From NCBI GenBank assembly GCA_963785755.1, contig CAWAXG010000013.1, positions 1,260,419-1,324,418 on the forward strand: a stretch of 64,000 nucleotides of DNA, given 5' to 3'. The translations under genes were made by a program, and so were the position numbers. The first letter of the stretch is position 1; each line of letters starts with the position of its first letter. Origin of the DNA: an uncultured Acidobacteriota bacterium. Its GTDB lineage: Bacteria > Acidobacteriota > Vicinamibacteria > Vicinamibacterales > 2-12-FULL-66-21. This document shows positions 8,688 to 17,956 of the stretch, piece after piece. The notes under the pieces are model-generated. The model was not told the DNA's origin, made no database searches, and was given only the letters and a program-made list of their open reading frames with translations.

Positions 8688-11297
8688 TCGAGTGATATCC
8701 GCCGGCCTGTCGCGGATGACCGGCTGAAGTCTGCCTGTTGTTGTGACTCGACTCCGGCCCCGTCGTCGAGGACTTCGACCGGGAGGCGGACCTCGATCCT
8801 GGTGCCGCCGCCAGGCTGTGAGTCGATGGTGGCCTCGCCCTGGGCCAGCCGGGCGCGCTCCTCGATGCTCACGAGCCCCAGTCCGCCGTTCTGGCGGGCG
8901 GTCGCCGGATCGAACCCTGCGCCGTCATCGACGACGGTCAGCACGAGGTCGCTCGCGTCCCGCTCGAGCGAGATGGTGGCGTAGCGGGCATGGCCGTGCC
9001 GCGCCACGTTCCGCAGCGCCTCCTGCGCGATGCGAAACAACGCCAGCGCCACCAGCGGGCTGGACGGCTCGACCTCGCCGTCGGCGAAGAAGCGCACCTG
9101 TAGTTGGTGCTGCCGCTCGACTTCGCCGCAGTGCGCGTGCAGGGCCGCCACCAGCCCGATGTGGTGCAGCACGGTCGGATGCAGGCCGTGCGACAGCAGG
9201 CGAAGGGTCTCGGCCACGCCGGCGGCGCGGCGCTCGAGCGAGAACAGCGTTTCCTGCGCCTCGTGGCTCTGGATGTCGCTCCCCTTTTGCCGCAGGTAGC
9301 TGATGTCGACGGTGAAGCTCGCCACCTCCTGGCAGACGCCGTCGTGCAGGTCGCGCGCGATCCGCGTGCGTTCGGCCTCCTGACTGGCAATCAACCGTCC
9401 GGCCAGATCGCGGTTGAGGGCGAGCGCGCGCTTGGACTCCGTGACGTCGCGCACGATGCTGAGCACGCGATCGCCACCGGCGTTCACGAGCCGCGCCTCG
9501 AACTGGCGCGGCTCGTCGACCGTGAGCTCGTACTCGACGACGATCATGTCGTCGCAGACACAGGCTCGATCGAGCGCATCCATCAACGTCTCGGCGATTG
9601 CCGGGGGCATCACGTCGCGGACCTTCCTGCCGATGAACATGCTCGGCGGCGCGAGCAGCCGCGTCGGATCCCTCGCGTGGAAGTCGACATACGTCCCGTC
9701 GCGGTGCAGCACGAACATGAGGTCGGGAATCGCCCGCAGGATTGCGCTGTTGCGTGCCTCGAGCTGGCCGAGGGCCTCCTCGGCCCGCTTTCGGGCTGTG
9801 ATGTCGCGGCCGACGCCCTGAAGCTCCACGACCTGTCCGCGGGGGTCGAGGATGACGTGATTGATCCAGTGGTGCCAGCCGATGGTTCCGTCCGGCAGGG
9901 TGACCTCATGCTCCTGTGAATCGGTGCCGCTGCGAAGACCGACGATGTGATCGAGCACGGCCTGGTGCGACGCCGGCGGAATCAGATCGATGAATCTCGT
10001 CCCGACCAGCTCCTCGCGGGTCTTCTTCCAGAAGCGGCAGTACGCGTCGTTGACGAACGTCAGTGTCGAGTCCGGGAGGAAGCGGCAGATCAGGTCGCTC
10101 TGGGCATCGACCACGCTGCGATAGAGCTCGTCGTTGTTCCGGGATTCTTCCTCCGCGCGGCGGCGCCGGCCGCGCTGAACCAGGAGGCTGCCGATCAGGG
10201 CGAACTGCGCGGTGAAGATCAGCAGCCCGGCGAGGATATAGCTGCGGTACGTGCTGAAGAGCGACCGATCGCGGAAGAGCACGAGGGCGGTTGCGGGAAT
10301 GCGCTCCTCGGGGATACCCCAGCGCCGCAGCTGCCGCCAATCGAGCGTCGGGCGCATCGTGGCCTGGCCAAGCGGGATGGCGCGCGGGTTCTTCCCGTTC
10401 GCGACGCGAATCGCGAGGTCGGCGACGCGGGTGGCATCGGGCCTCACCTGCCAGGCGTAACCTCCAACCGAACCCGTGCCAAGCGACTCGGCGGCCAGGC
10501 TGAAGATCGGCACGGGCGACGCGGCCACGACCTGCGCCAGTCCCTCGCGCTGGTCCACACTGGTCGTCCGGTCCCACATGGTCTGTCTGAGGAAGAAGAC
10601 AATCAATCGAATCCGGGACCCCTTTCAGCCGGGCGACGAGGTCGGCCATCGGCAGGTCCCGCAGGAACTCGAGGCCGATGTGCTGGTCAATCGCGTCGAA
10701 TTGCCGCCTGACTTCCTCCTCGACGTGCTCCGGTCGCTGCAGCACGCCATCGACGACGAACACACGTTCGGTCGCTGGCAACAGCTGCAACGCGAGCCCG
10801 AGCGTCTCGCGTATCGCCAACGCTCCCTGCAATCCGGTGACGTCGTCCTCGCCAGGATCGACTCTGGTCATCGGCGCCATGGCGACGATGGGGGCCTTGC
10901 CGAACACGTCGCGGTTCTGCCGGGCGAAGGTGACCGCGGCATCCGCCACGGCGATCACGACGTCGATTCGGCGCCCGGCGTACTTCTGGCGCAGGTAGTT
11001 CGGGATCAGCCCGGACTGCGCGGCAGCCGGGAATCGATACGACTCAATCGTCTCGACGTAGATTTCGATCGGCCCGGAGCTCGCGGCGCGCAACGCCTCC
11101 TGGATCGCCGGATCGAAGGTCGATCGGAAGGCGACCTCCTGGCCGTAGTGGTGCAGCACGAGCACGCGCGTCACGGCAGACGGCGCGGCCGCGTTCAGCG
11201 CGGCGGAAGTGAGGATTGCCAGGCTCCCCAGCCAGGCAACGACGATGCGGCCACCGTCCATCCTTCGCACCGTCTCCTCGTCGCTCGTCATTCGCAT
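8684..11297 (-). pseudogene. Sensor histidine kinase (periplasmic substrate-binding-like domain, TM, 2 PAS, HisKA_3, HATPase) interrupted by one +1 frameshift
   Basis: The N-terminal sensor is in the 9906..11297 frame up to ...RLKGVPDS. It continues as LIVFFLRQT... in the 8684..10606 frame, with the junction at about 10604-10612. The architecture is colinear with the intact paralog at 21896..24178. Its stop overlaps the RR start (ATGA). Confidence 0.8.
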
Positions 11298-11652
11298 TCC
11301 TGAGCCTGAGCGAATACGGACCGCGACAACCCGGTTGAGCTGTGTCGACCGGGTAACAGAACAACGACCCTGTCGGCCTGGTCCGCGTCGTTTCGGGCCG
11401 CTGGCTAAGCAGACGAAACCGGGACGGCCTTACGACATACCGTAGAATCCCACGAAATGTCGTGACGCCGTTCCGGGCGGACGTGCCCGGTCGAAACCCG
11501 TCATCACCCGTCCGCGAGGCCGATCGCGGCCGGAAAACGGCCGTTCAATCACGCGAAGTCGGGCCGGTTGAACGGCCCCATCCTGGCTGTTGGTTCGAGC
11601 CGGGATGTTGACACTCCAGACCTGACCGGCCCGCGGTGCAACTCCGGGTCCA

Positions 11653-11716
11653 GAACTCGGGACTCGGGACTCGGGGCTCGGGGCTCGGGGCTCGGGACTG
11701 GGGACTGGGGGACTGA
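11653..11716 (+). repeat. Tandem heptanucleotide array (GGGACTC/GGGGCTC type), G-rich on the + strand
   Basis: About nine consecutive 7-nt units: aactcgg gactcgg gactcgg ggctcgg ggctcgg ggctcgg gactggg gactggg ggactga. Confidence 0.8.
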
Positions 11717-11729
11717 TAGGCTGAACGCC

Positions 11730-12305
11730 TTGGATGAATCGCAAGTCCTGCTGCTGGTGCGTGTGACGGCCCGGGCGTCCGCGGCCGCATTCGCGGCCGC
11801 GTTGATCCTGTTCACCATCCGGAATCGCTATCGACCGCAGAGCGCCCCACACCACATTTCCGTATTCGTCACGTTCATCCTCGTCCACACGATCCATTTC
11901 GGAACCGTCCTGTGGCTCGCCGCGTTGACCTCCGGCAGGAACATCCGGGAACGGGACGGGTGGGCCGTGGTCCTGACCGCCGCTGTGTTGTTCTACGTGG
12001 TCACGCTCGGCATCCTGCAGACCTGGCGCCGGCGCGAATCGGCCAGCCACGTGTCGCGCAGCCGCCGGCTCGCCGCCAGTGCCGGTGTCGCGCTCGTGGC
12101 CCTGGTGTTCCTCAACTCGTATGTCGCACGGATCGAACGCATGCCGGTGTACTGGCTGCCGGCAAGTGCCCTGATCCTCATCGTCGCGGGGTATCTCGCG
12201 CAGGACTACAGTGCGGATCGAGCCGCCCGCCTCCGCGCTGCGCGCTTCGGCGCGAAAGGCTGCGATCGGAGTCCCCAGTCCCGAGGGAGCTCCCGAGTCC
12301 CGTAA
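11730..12305 (+). CDS. Hypothetical integral membrane protein (about 4 TM helices); start uncertain
   Basis: Hydrophobic segments AAAFAAALILFTI, HHISVFVTFILVHTIHFGTVLWLAAL, WAVVLTAAVLFYVVTLGIL and AGVALVALVFL. Only TTG, CTG or GTG starts are available. The 3' end runs into the second heptamer array. Confidence 0.4.
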   Translation: MDESQVLLLVRVTARASAAAFAAALILFTIRNRYRPQSAPHHISVFVTFILVHTIHFGTVLWLAALTSGRNIRERDGWAVVLTAAVLFYVVTLGILQTWRRRESASHVSRSRRLAASAGVALVALVFLNSYVARIERMPVYWLPASALILIVAGYLAQDYSADRAARLRAARFGAKGCDRSPQSRGSSRVP

Positions 12306-12412
12306 CCACCCCTGATCCCGTGATCCCCGATCCCCGATCCCGAACCATCCCAGAGTCCCAATCCCGAGTCCCGAGACCAGCCCGAGTCCCCAGTCCCGAG
12401 CCCCGAGCCCAG
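12272..12412 (-). repeat. Degenerate heptanucleotide array, G-rich on the - strand (inverted relative to 11653-11716)
   Basis: agtcccc agtcccg ... cccgagtccc cagtcccgag ccccgagccc. Positions 12385-12410 are the exact reverse complement of 11681-11706 (26/26). Confidence 0.75.
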
Positions 12413-12463
12413 AAGTGCGCCCTCCCGGCCTCCGTTCGCGCCTTACCCCCCAGGAGGTCGATC

Positions 12464-13060
12464 ATGGTCACTCGACAGCAGCGTTCACGCGCGGGGTTGG
12501 CGGTGCTCGTCGGGCTCGGGCTGCTCGGCGGCGGGTCGGCTGCCGCGCAGGTGCGCGTCTCGACGGTTGAAGAGCTGCAACGGACCTTGAGCCCGGGCGA
12601 CGTCGTCTCGGTCGTCCGGACGGAGGGAGGGGCAATCGAGGGCCGATTGCTCCGAATCGGGGCTGCCGGCCTCGAGATCCGCGGCGAGCTCGAAGAGGCT
12701 GGCCGACGACGGCGAGGCGACATTACGATCCCGTTCACCGCCCTTCAATCGCTCGAACGCCGGCGCGACTCGCCGCGCAATGGCGCGCTCATCGGGGCGG
12801 GCGCCGGCGCCGCGGTCGCTGGCGCGATGTTCGTCGGCGCGGTCGTGGTCGACCGCAACGAGATCGACGAATGGGCGCCGATCTACATGGGATATGGGGC
12901 GGTGTTCAGCGGCATCGGCGCGCTGGTCGGCTGGGCCGTCGACTCCGGACGATCGAAACCGCCCGTCAGGTTCGATCGGCGCTCCGCTGGGGCACTCGAC
13001 GTGAAGGTGGCGCCCCTGTTGTCGCGGCGCCCGGGCGTAGTCGTGACGATGTCGTTCTGA
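12464..13060 (+). CDS. Hypothetical secreted or membrane-anchored protein with C-terminal glycine-zipper segments
   Basis: aggagg lies upstream of the ATG at 12464. Signal-like AGLAVLVGLGLLGGGSAAAQ, and C-terminal GALIGAGAGAAVAGAMFVGAVV / GAVFSGIGALVGWAV. Confidence 0.6.
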   Translation: MVTRQQRSRAGLAVLVGLGLLGGGSAAAQVRVSTVEELQRTLSPGDVVSVVRTEGGAIEGRLLRIGAAGLEIRGELEEAGRRRRGDITIPFTALQSLERRRDSPRNGALIGAGAGAAVAGAMFVGAVVVDRNEIDEWAPIYMGYGAVFSGIGALVGWAVDSGRSKPPVRFDRRSAGALDVKVAPLLSRRPGVVVTMSF

Positions 13061-13073
13061 GAAGCGGTGCCGC

Positions 13074-15557
13074 CTACTTCTCTTTCCGCGTGCGTCGCAC
13101 GAGCGTCGCGACCGAGGCGACCAGTTCTCCAGGATCGACGGGCTTGGCGAGATGCATCTCGAAACCCCGCTGCAGGGCCTTGGTGCGATCGTCCGATCGC
13201 GCGAACGCCGTCAGCGCTGCGGCTGGAACGTCGCGAATATCCGGATCCGACGAGGCCCGGACACGCGCGATGAACTCGAACCCGTCCATGGCCGGCATGC
13301 CGAGATCCACGACGAGCACGTGCGGCCGGGCCACTTCGATCTGCTCAAGGGCCACCACCGCCGACGGAATCGTGACGACCTCGGCCCCCGCGGTTTCGAG
13401 CACGACACGGAGGAGACCGAGCGAATCCTCTTCGTCGTCGACGGCCATGACGCGCACGCCGGTGAGGTCTCCCAGGACGGTCAAGGGGGCGATCTTCTCG
13501 GTCCGCGGATGTTCGCGCGTCTCCCGGCCACCCTCCGCGTGCACGATCATCAGCGGCAGCCTGACCCGGAACGTCGACCCCCGGTTCTCCCCTTCACTCG
13601 CGACGTGCACGGAGCCGCCGTGCATCTCGACGATGTGCCGGACGATCGACAGACCGAGACCGAGCCCGCCGGTCTTTCGCGTCGTCCCGGCGTCGGCCTG
13701 ACGGAACCGATCGAAGACATAGGGCAGGAAGTCGGGGCGGATGCCGATCCCGGTATCGCTGACGACAATGTCGATGTGCGAATTCACCCGTTCGACCCGA
13801 ATCTGCACCCTGCCCTGCTTGGGCGTGAATTTCACCGCGTTGGACGCCAGGTTCCAGACGACCTGCTGCAGGCGGTCCGGATCGCCGGAGACGGGACCGA
13901 CACGAGGATCGACGATCGTCTGCAGCCGCACGCCCTTCGCGTCGGCCGCCGGCTGCACGGTGGCGACGGCGTTGTGCACGACGAGCGGCACCTCCACCGG
14001 CTGCACGTCCAGACGGATCTTTCCCGACACGATCCGGGAGACGTCCAGGACGTCTTCGACGATCTGCGTCAACGCCGTGGCATTGCGTTCGAGCGTCTCG
14101 AGCCCACGCTCGGCCCGCTCGCCGTTGAGGACCCGGCCGCGCAACAGCCGGGCGTAGCCGACGATCGCGTTGAGCGGTGTGCGCAGCTCGTGCGACAGCA
14201 CGGCCAGGAACTCGTCCTTCAACCGATCGGCTTCGCGGGCTTCGACGTACAGCCGGGCATTCTCGAGCGCCACCGAGGCCCACGCGGCGATCCCCTCGGC
14301 CAGCTGCTCGTGCTGCTCGGTGAACACGCCGGCCTGCGGGTGACCGAAGAACAGGCCGCCGAGCACGTCGCCCGACGGGGTCTTCACGGGGACGGCGAGA
14401 TAACTGCGAACCGGGAGGTGCCCCGCGGGCATCCCGTGATACGGCGCGTTCTGACCGAAGCGCGGATCCCGGGTCACGTCATCCAGCCGGACGACGCCTT
14501 CACCGTGAAACGTGGGGGCAAAGATGGCGGTCGCGCGCGGCTGCGGAAACTTCGCGAAGGCCTCCATCGGCGCGCCCGACAGCGTGTACAGCATGTAGGC
14601 GTCGCCGGACTGGCGGTCGACCACGTTGTAGAAGAACGCGCCGAACGCCGCGTCGGTCAACTCGGTCGCGAGGTCAGTGACTTTCTGGACGATGGCGCTC
14701 CGATCGAGGGAGGCCGAGACCATCGCGCCGACCTCGTTCAGCTTCGCCGTGATCCGCGCCTGTTCCCGCGCCGCCGCGAGCAGTTGCGCACGCTCCGTGA
14801 CGTCCCGCGCGGTCTTCGACGCGCCGACGATGACGCCGCTGTCGTCGATAATGGGCGAGACAGTCAACGAGATCAGCACTTCTGTGCCGTCCTTCCGCCG
14901 CCGCCGGGTTTCGTAGTGATCCACCATCCCGCCGGCCTTGATCTGCGCGACCACCTTGTCCTCTTCGTCCTGCAGCTCCGGCGGAATGATCATCCGGATG
15001 GATTTGCCGATCGCCTCCGCCGCCGTATAGCCGAACATCCGTTCCGCCGCGAGATTCCAGGTGGTGATGATGCTGTCCAGATTCTTCGTGATGATCGCGT
15101 CGTCGGACGACTCGATGACCGCCGCGAGGCGTCGCAGCGCCAGGTCCGCCTCCTTGCGGTCGCTTATGTCCCGCGCGATCTTCGACGCGCCGACGACGGC
15201 GCCGTGCTCGTCGTAGATGGGCGAGACCGTCAGCGAGATCGGAATCAGGACGCCATCCTTCCGCTGGCGCATCGTCTCGTAGTGACGAACCGCCTCGCCG
15301 GCGCGAATCCGCGACAGGACGAAGTCTTCCTCATCCTGGCGATCCGCGGGAATGATCATGCGAATCGAACGGCCGATCGCTTCGGCCGCCGTGTAGCCGA
15401 ACATCCGCTCCGCGGCCGAGTTCCAGGAAAGGATGGTGCTCTCGAGATCTTTACTGACGATGGCGTCGTCGGAGGAGTCGACGATTTTGGCGAGATGACG
15501 AATGGTGAGATCCGGTATCGACTGTGGCATGCCCATGACCAGGTCGTCGCTCCTCAC
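13074..15557 (-). CDS. Hybrid sensor histidine kinase (2 PAS, GAF, HisKA, HATPase, receiver)
   Basis: 827-aa ORF with two PAS units (both with AAERMFGYTAAEAIG), DEFLAVLSHELRTPLN, GGLGLGLSIVRHIVEMHGG and the receiver VMAVDDEEDSL...VVDLGMPAMDG...HLAKP. Confidence 0.92.
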   Translation of the reverse strand: MRSDDLVMGMPQSIPDLTIRHLAKIVDSSDDAIVSKDLESTILSWNSAAERMFGYTAAEAIGRSIRMIIPADRQDEEDFVLSRIRAGEAVRHYETMRQRKDGVLIPISLTVSPIYDEHGAVVGASKIARDISDRKEADLALRRLAAVIESSDDAIITKNLDSIITTWNLAAERMFGYTAAEAIGKSIRMIIPPELQDEEDKVVAQIKAGGMVDHYETRRRRKDGTEVLISLTVSPIIDDSGVIVGASKTARDVTERAQLLAAAREQARITAKLNEVGAMVSASLDRSAIVQKVTDLATELTDAAFGAFFYNVVDRQSGDAYMLYTLSGAPMEAFAKFPQPRATAIFAPTFHGEGVVRLDDVTRDPRFGQNAPYHGMPAGHLPVRSYLAVPVKTPSGDVLGGLFFGHPQAGVFTEQHEQLAEGIAAWASVALENARLYVEAREADRLKDEFLAVLSHELRTPLNAIVGYARLLRGRVLNGERAERGLETLERNATALTQIVEDVLDVSRIVSGKIRLDVQPVEVPLVVHNAVATVQPAADAKGVRLQTIVDPRVGPVSGDPDRLQQVVWNLASNAVKFTPKQGRVQIRVERVNSHIDIVVSDTGIGIRPDFLPYVFDRFRQADAGTTRKTGGLGLGLSIVRHIVEMHGGSVHVASEGENRGSTFRVRLPLMIVHAEGGRETREHPRTEKIAPLTVLGDLTGVRVMAVDDEEDSLGLLRVVLETAGAEVVTIPSAVVALEQIEVARPHVLVVDLGMPAMDGFEFIARVRASSDPDIRDVPAAALTAFARSDDRTKALQRGFEMHLAKPVDPGELVASVATLVRRTRKEK

Positions 15558-15693
15558 GAATCGCCGCGACCTGGAGCGACCGGTTCGCGGGGATCCGTAC
15601 GGGTGGCGCGGGAGCTCATCCGCGCTTCACGGCTCCTCTTTTTCAACTGTACCACGCGATTTGAGTCGTTTTGGGCGTCGTTCCCGCCTTTAC

Positions 15694-15818
15694 AGGCGGA
15701 GGCCGGACCGCCTCCGCCAAGGCTACGGCGAGTCTCGCCGACCAGCCTCCGCTAAAGCTACGGCGGTCCGCCGGAGCCTTGGCGAAGGCGGAAGCGCTTC
15801 GCGCGAAGGCGGAAGCCA
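15694..15818. repeat. REP-like GC-rich stem-loop cluster (AAGCTACGGCGG core)
   Basis: ggcggagg-ccggaccg-cctccgcc hairpin, the word gctaaagctacggcggtccgccgg, and repeated gaaggcggaagc words. The core recurs at 25810-25825. Confidence 0.5.
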
Positions 15819-15823
15819 CTCGT

Positions 15824-15911
15824 CAAGTGGCAAGGGGCAAGTACAACGGAAGGAACAACGAGATCGTCGCCGCTCTTTACGTTGTAGTCGATGCTCTTTC
15901 CGTTGTACTTG
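15824..15911 (+). repeat. Family-A intergenic repeat (caagtggcaaggggcaagtacaacgg...)
   Basis: The 40-mer 15824-15863 matches the reverse complement of 59621-59660 at 39/40. The 24-mer 15888-15911 matches the reverse complement of 59593-59616 at 24/24. Confidence 0.8.
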
Positions 15912-16101
15912 TTACTCGTACTTGTTACTTGTTAATACCTCGTCTTGACGTATTGGAACGCTACGTCTGACGCAGGCGGTGTGTCAGCAGCTACTCACGG
16001 CTATCGTCGCGCATTCGAAAAAGCCGCTGGAGCGTCAGGGCCGACCCTCTCGGTGCCAGCCCGCGGAATCGTTTGTGCACGCGGCTCATCGGGAGGATTT
16101 G

Positions 16102-16335
16102 ATGGACGACTCACCGCGGGAGAACGACGCGACCGACGACACGCGGAAGCCGATCGACGGCCGCTCGCCATCGGTCGATACCGGTTCCACCGGCAACGGC
16201 AACGGCTTTCACGGCGCCGACCGGATCGCGCGGCGCGCGTATCGACGGTTTGAAGACCGCGGCTGGGAGCATGGCCACGATCTGGACGACTGGCTCGAGG
16301 CCGAGCGCGAGATATTCAGCGGAGAAGAACAATAG
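16102..16335 (+). CDS. DUF2934-type small protein
   Basis: gggagga lies upstream of the ATG at 16102. The C-terminus IARRAYRRFEDRGWEHGHDLDDWLEAEREI is the characteristic DUF2934 motif. Confidence 0.7.
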   Translation: MDDSPRENDATDDTRKPIDGRSPSVDTGSTGNGNGFHGADRIARRAYRRFEDRGWEHGHDLDDWLEAEREIFSGEEQ

Positions 16336-16457
16336 CTGGCTGAGGCGGCCTCCCCTCCGTCGTCCGATTTGCGGCATCAGTGCGAATACCCAGGACGAGA
16401 CCCGCCGGGCTCAGGGTAAAATCAGGCATTCTGAAAACCTAGCCCCCTGGGGTACCA

Positions 16458-17642
16458 ATGCCTATTGCCACTGGCGACTACGCTGGCGTCCTGTCGAGCC
16501 GTGTCTCTGCCGAACGCCTTGCGCTCTCGACGGCGTGGCTCACACGTCTCAACGAACTGCTCGACGTCGGGTTGAACGACGTTTTCCCTACCGATCAGCT
16601 GCTCGACCACATCCCCACCTTGATCGCGGAGATCGCCGTCTACCTGCGGGCGCCGGCAGACGAGGAGATCGCCGCCAACGCGACGGTCATCGCCAAGTCG
16701 CGTGAGTTGGGGGTGTTGCGCTATCAACAGCGGGCGTCGGTGCATCAGGTGCTTCGCGAGTTCGAGGTGCTGGCGGAAATCCTCGAGACCTTCGTCGCCG
16801 ACGAAACCAGCCGCCTCGGCCTCCAGCCGACGTCCGCGGAATGCTTCGAGCTGCAGCGCCGGCTGAATCACTCGACGCGGACGTTGATGCGCGCGTCCGT
16901 CGAGACGTTCATCAGCGAATACACCTCGACCATCCAGGCGCAGAACGAGCGGATGCAGACGTTCAACCGGCTGGCCAGCCATGAGCTGCGCTCCCAGGTC
17001 GGGACCCTGGTGTTCGCGGCCGCGCTCCTGAAGTCGGATGGCGTGCAGGCGGATCGGCAGCGGGTCGCGAAGGTCGCGACGACGATTCAAACCAACACCG
17101 ACCGGCTGTCCTGGCTGATCGAGAACCTGCAGCGGCTTGCCCGCCTTGGTGAGGGTCTCGACGTGCCGAGCCAGCAGCTCGTCGATCTCGGCACCATCGC
17201 CCGCGAAGTCGGGCGACAGCTCGAAGAGATGGCCGCCGCCCGCGGCGTGTCGATCCGGATCGATGACGGGCTGCCGTCCGTCACGGTCGACCCGGCGCGG
17301 CTCGAGCTGGTGCTGCTGAACCTCGTGTCGAACGCGATCAAGTACAGCGACCCGGCCAAGGCCGACAGCTTCGTGTCGATCGAACGCGGCGCCAGCGACA
17401 AGGAGACCGAAACCGTCATCAGCGTCCGCGACAACGGCCTGGGGATTCCGGAGACGGATCGCGCGGCCATCTTCGATCGCTTCTACCGCGCGCACGCCGA
17501 TCTCGACAACGCGCTCGGCGTCACCGGCACGGGCCTCGGTCTGGCGATCGTCGCGGAATGCGTGGACGCGATGGGCGGGTCGATTCGATTCGAGTCGGCG
17601 CCGGGGCAGGGGTCGACGTTCTTCGTAACGCTGGCCGTTTGA
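16458..17642 (+). CDS. Cytoplasmic sensor histidine kinase (HisKA, HATPase)
   Basis: 394-aa ORF with FNRLASHELRSQVGTL, LVSNAIKYS, DNGLGIPE and GTGLGLAIVAECVDAMGGSI. Confidence 0.9.
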   Translation: MPIATGDYAGVLSSRVSAERLALSTAWLTRLNELLDVGLNDVFPTDQLLDHIPTLIAEIAVYLRAPADEEIAANATVIAKSRELGVLRYQQRASVHQVLREFEVLAEILETFVADETSRLGLQPTSAECFELQRRLNHSTRTLMRASVETFISEYTSTIQAQNERMQTFNRLASHELRSQVGTLVFAAALLKSDGVQADRQRVAKVATTIQTNTDRLSWLIENLQRLARLGEGLDVPSQQLVDLGTIAREVGRQLEEMAAARGVSIRIDDGLPSVTVDPARLELVLLNLVSNAIKYSDPAKADSFVSIERGASDKETETVISVRDNGLGIPETDRAAIFDRFYRAHADLDNALGVTGTGLGLAIVAECVDAMGGSIRFESAPGQGSTFFVTLAV

Positions 17643-17691
17643 CGCTGAGGCCAGGGCGGCCCGCGTACTCCACATGCTTCACATGGAGTAT

Positions 17692-17705
17692 GGGAGGACG
17701 GGAGG
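17692..17705. repeat. GGGAGGACGGGAGG motif, copy 2
   Basis: tgggaggacgggaggcc, about 50 bp downstream of the kinase stop. A 7-bp hairpin (tactcca / tggagta) lies next to it. Confidence 0.55.
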
Positions 17706-17832
17706 CCACAGTTCAGGCTTATCGCGGTACCGCGCAACACCGGAATCAGCCCGCTCGAGCGCAGCCTCGTCCGCCTTTCCTCCATTGTTTGGGATCAGCG
17801 ATCCCCTGATCTCGATCACTGCGGGATACCCG

Positions 17833-17854
17833 ATGTTGGACCTTTGTCCAACAT
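17833..17854. promoter_or_regulatory. Palindrome ATGTTGGAC-CTTT-GTCCAACAT (candidate operator or UAS)
   Basis: Perfect 9-bp arms. It lies about 100 bp upstream of the receiver gene start at 17957. Confidence 0.4.
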
Positions 17855-17956
17855 TCCTTCGGCTCCTGGAGCGTGTATGCTCTGACCCGAGGTCACTTGC
17901 ACGGGCTTCATGCTTCCGACGGCGCACTCCGTAGATGCCCGTAGTTGAACGCATCG

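Noticed and set aside
11681-12410. The IR-flanked 730-bp segment as an insertion sequence.
   Set aside because: The enclosed ORF is a small hydrophobic protein with no transposase, DDE or recombinase motifs. The inverted repeats are low-complexity microsatellite-type sequence. It is kept only as an inverton or phase-variation hypothesis in the findings.
11653-12412. The heptamer arrays and other repeat clusters as possible CRISPR arrays.
   Set aside because: The units are 7 nt and directly tandem, with no 25-40-nt repeats alternating with unique spacers. No cas genes are present in the window.
13152-15755. Very long ORFs antisense to or overlapping recognised genes. Examples: 13152..15755 (867 aa), 2513..3811, 16422..17675, 32279..33928, 34358..36163, 36401..37624, 37943..39049, 48977..50611, 53236..54657 and 55574..56545.
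   Set aside because: They lie opposite or out of frame to genes with clear domain motifs. Their translations are Arg/Pro/Gly/Asp-rich low-complexity strings with no recognisable motifs. Long shadow ORFs are expected in GC-rich DNA.
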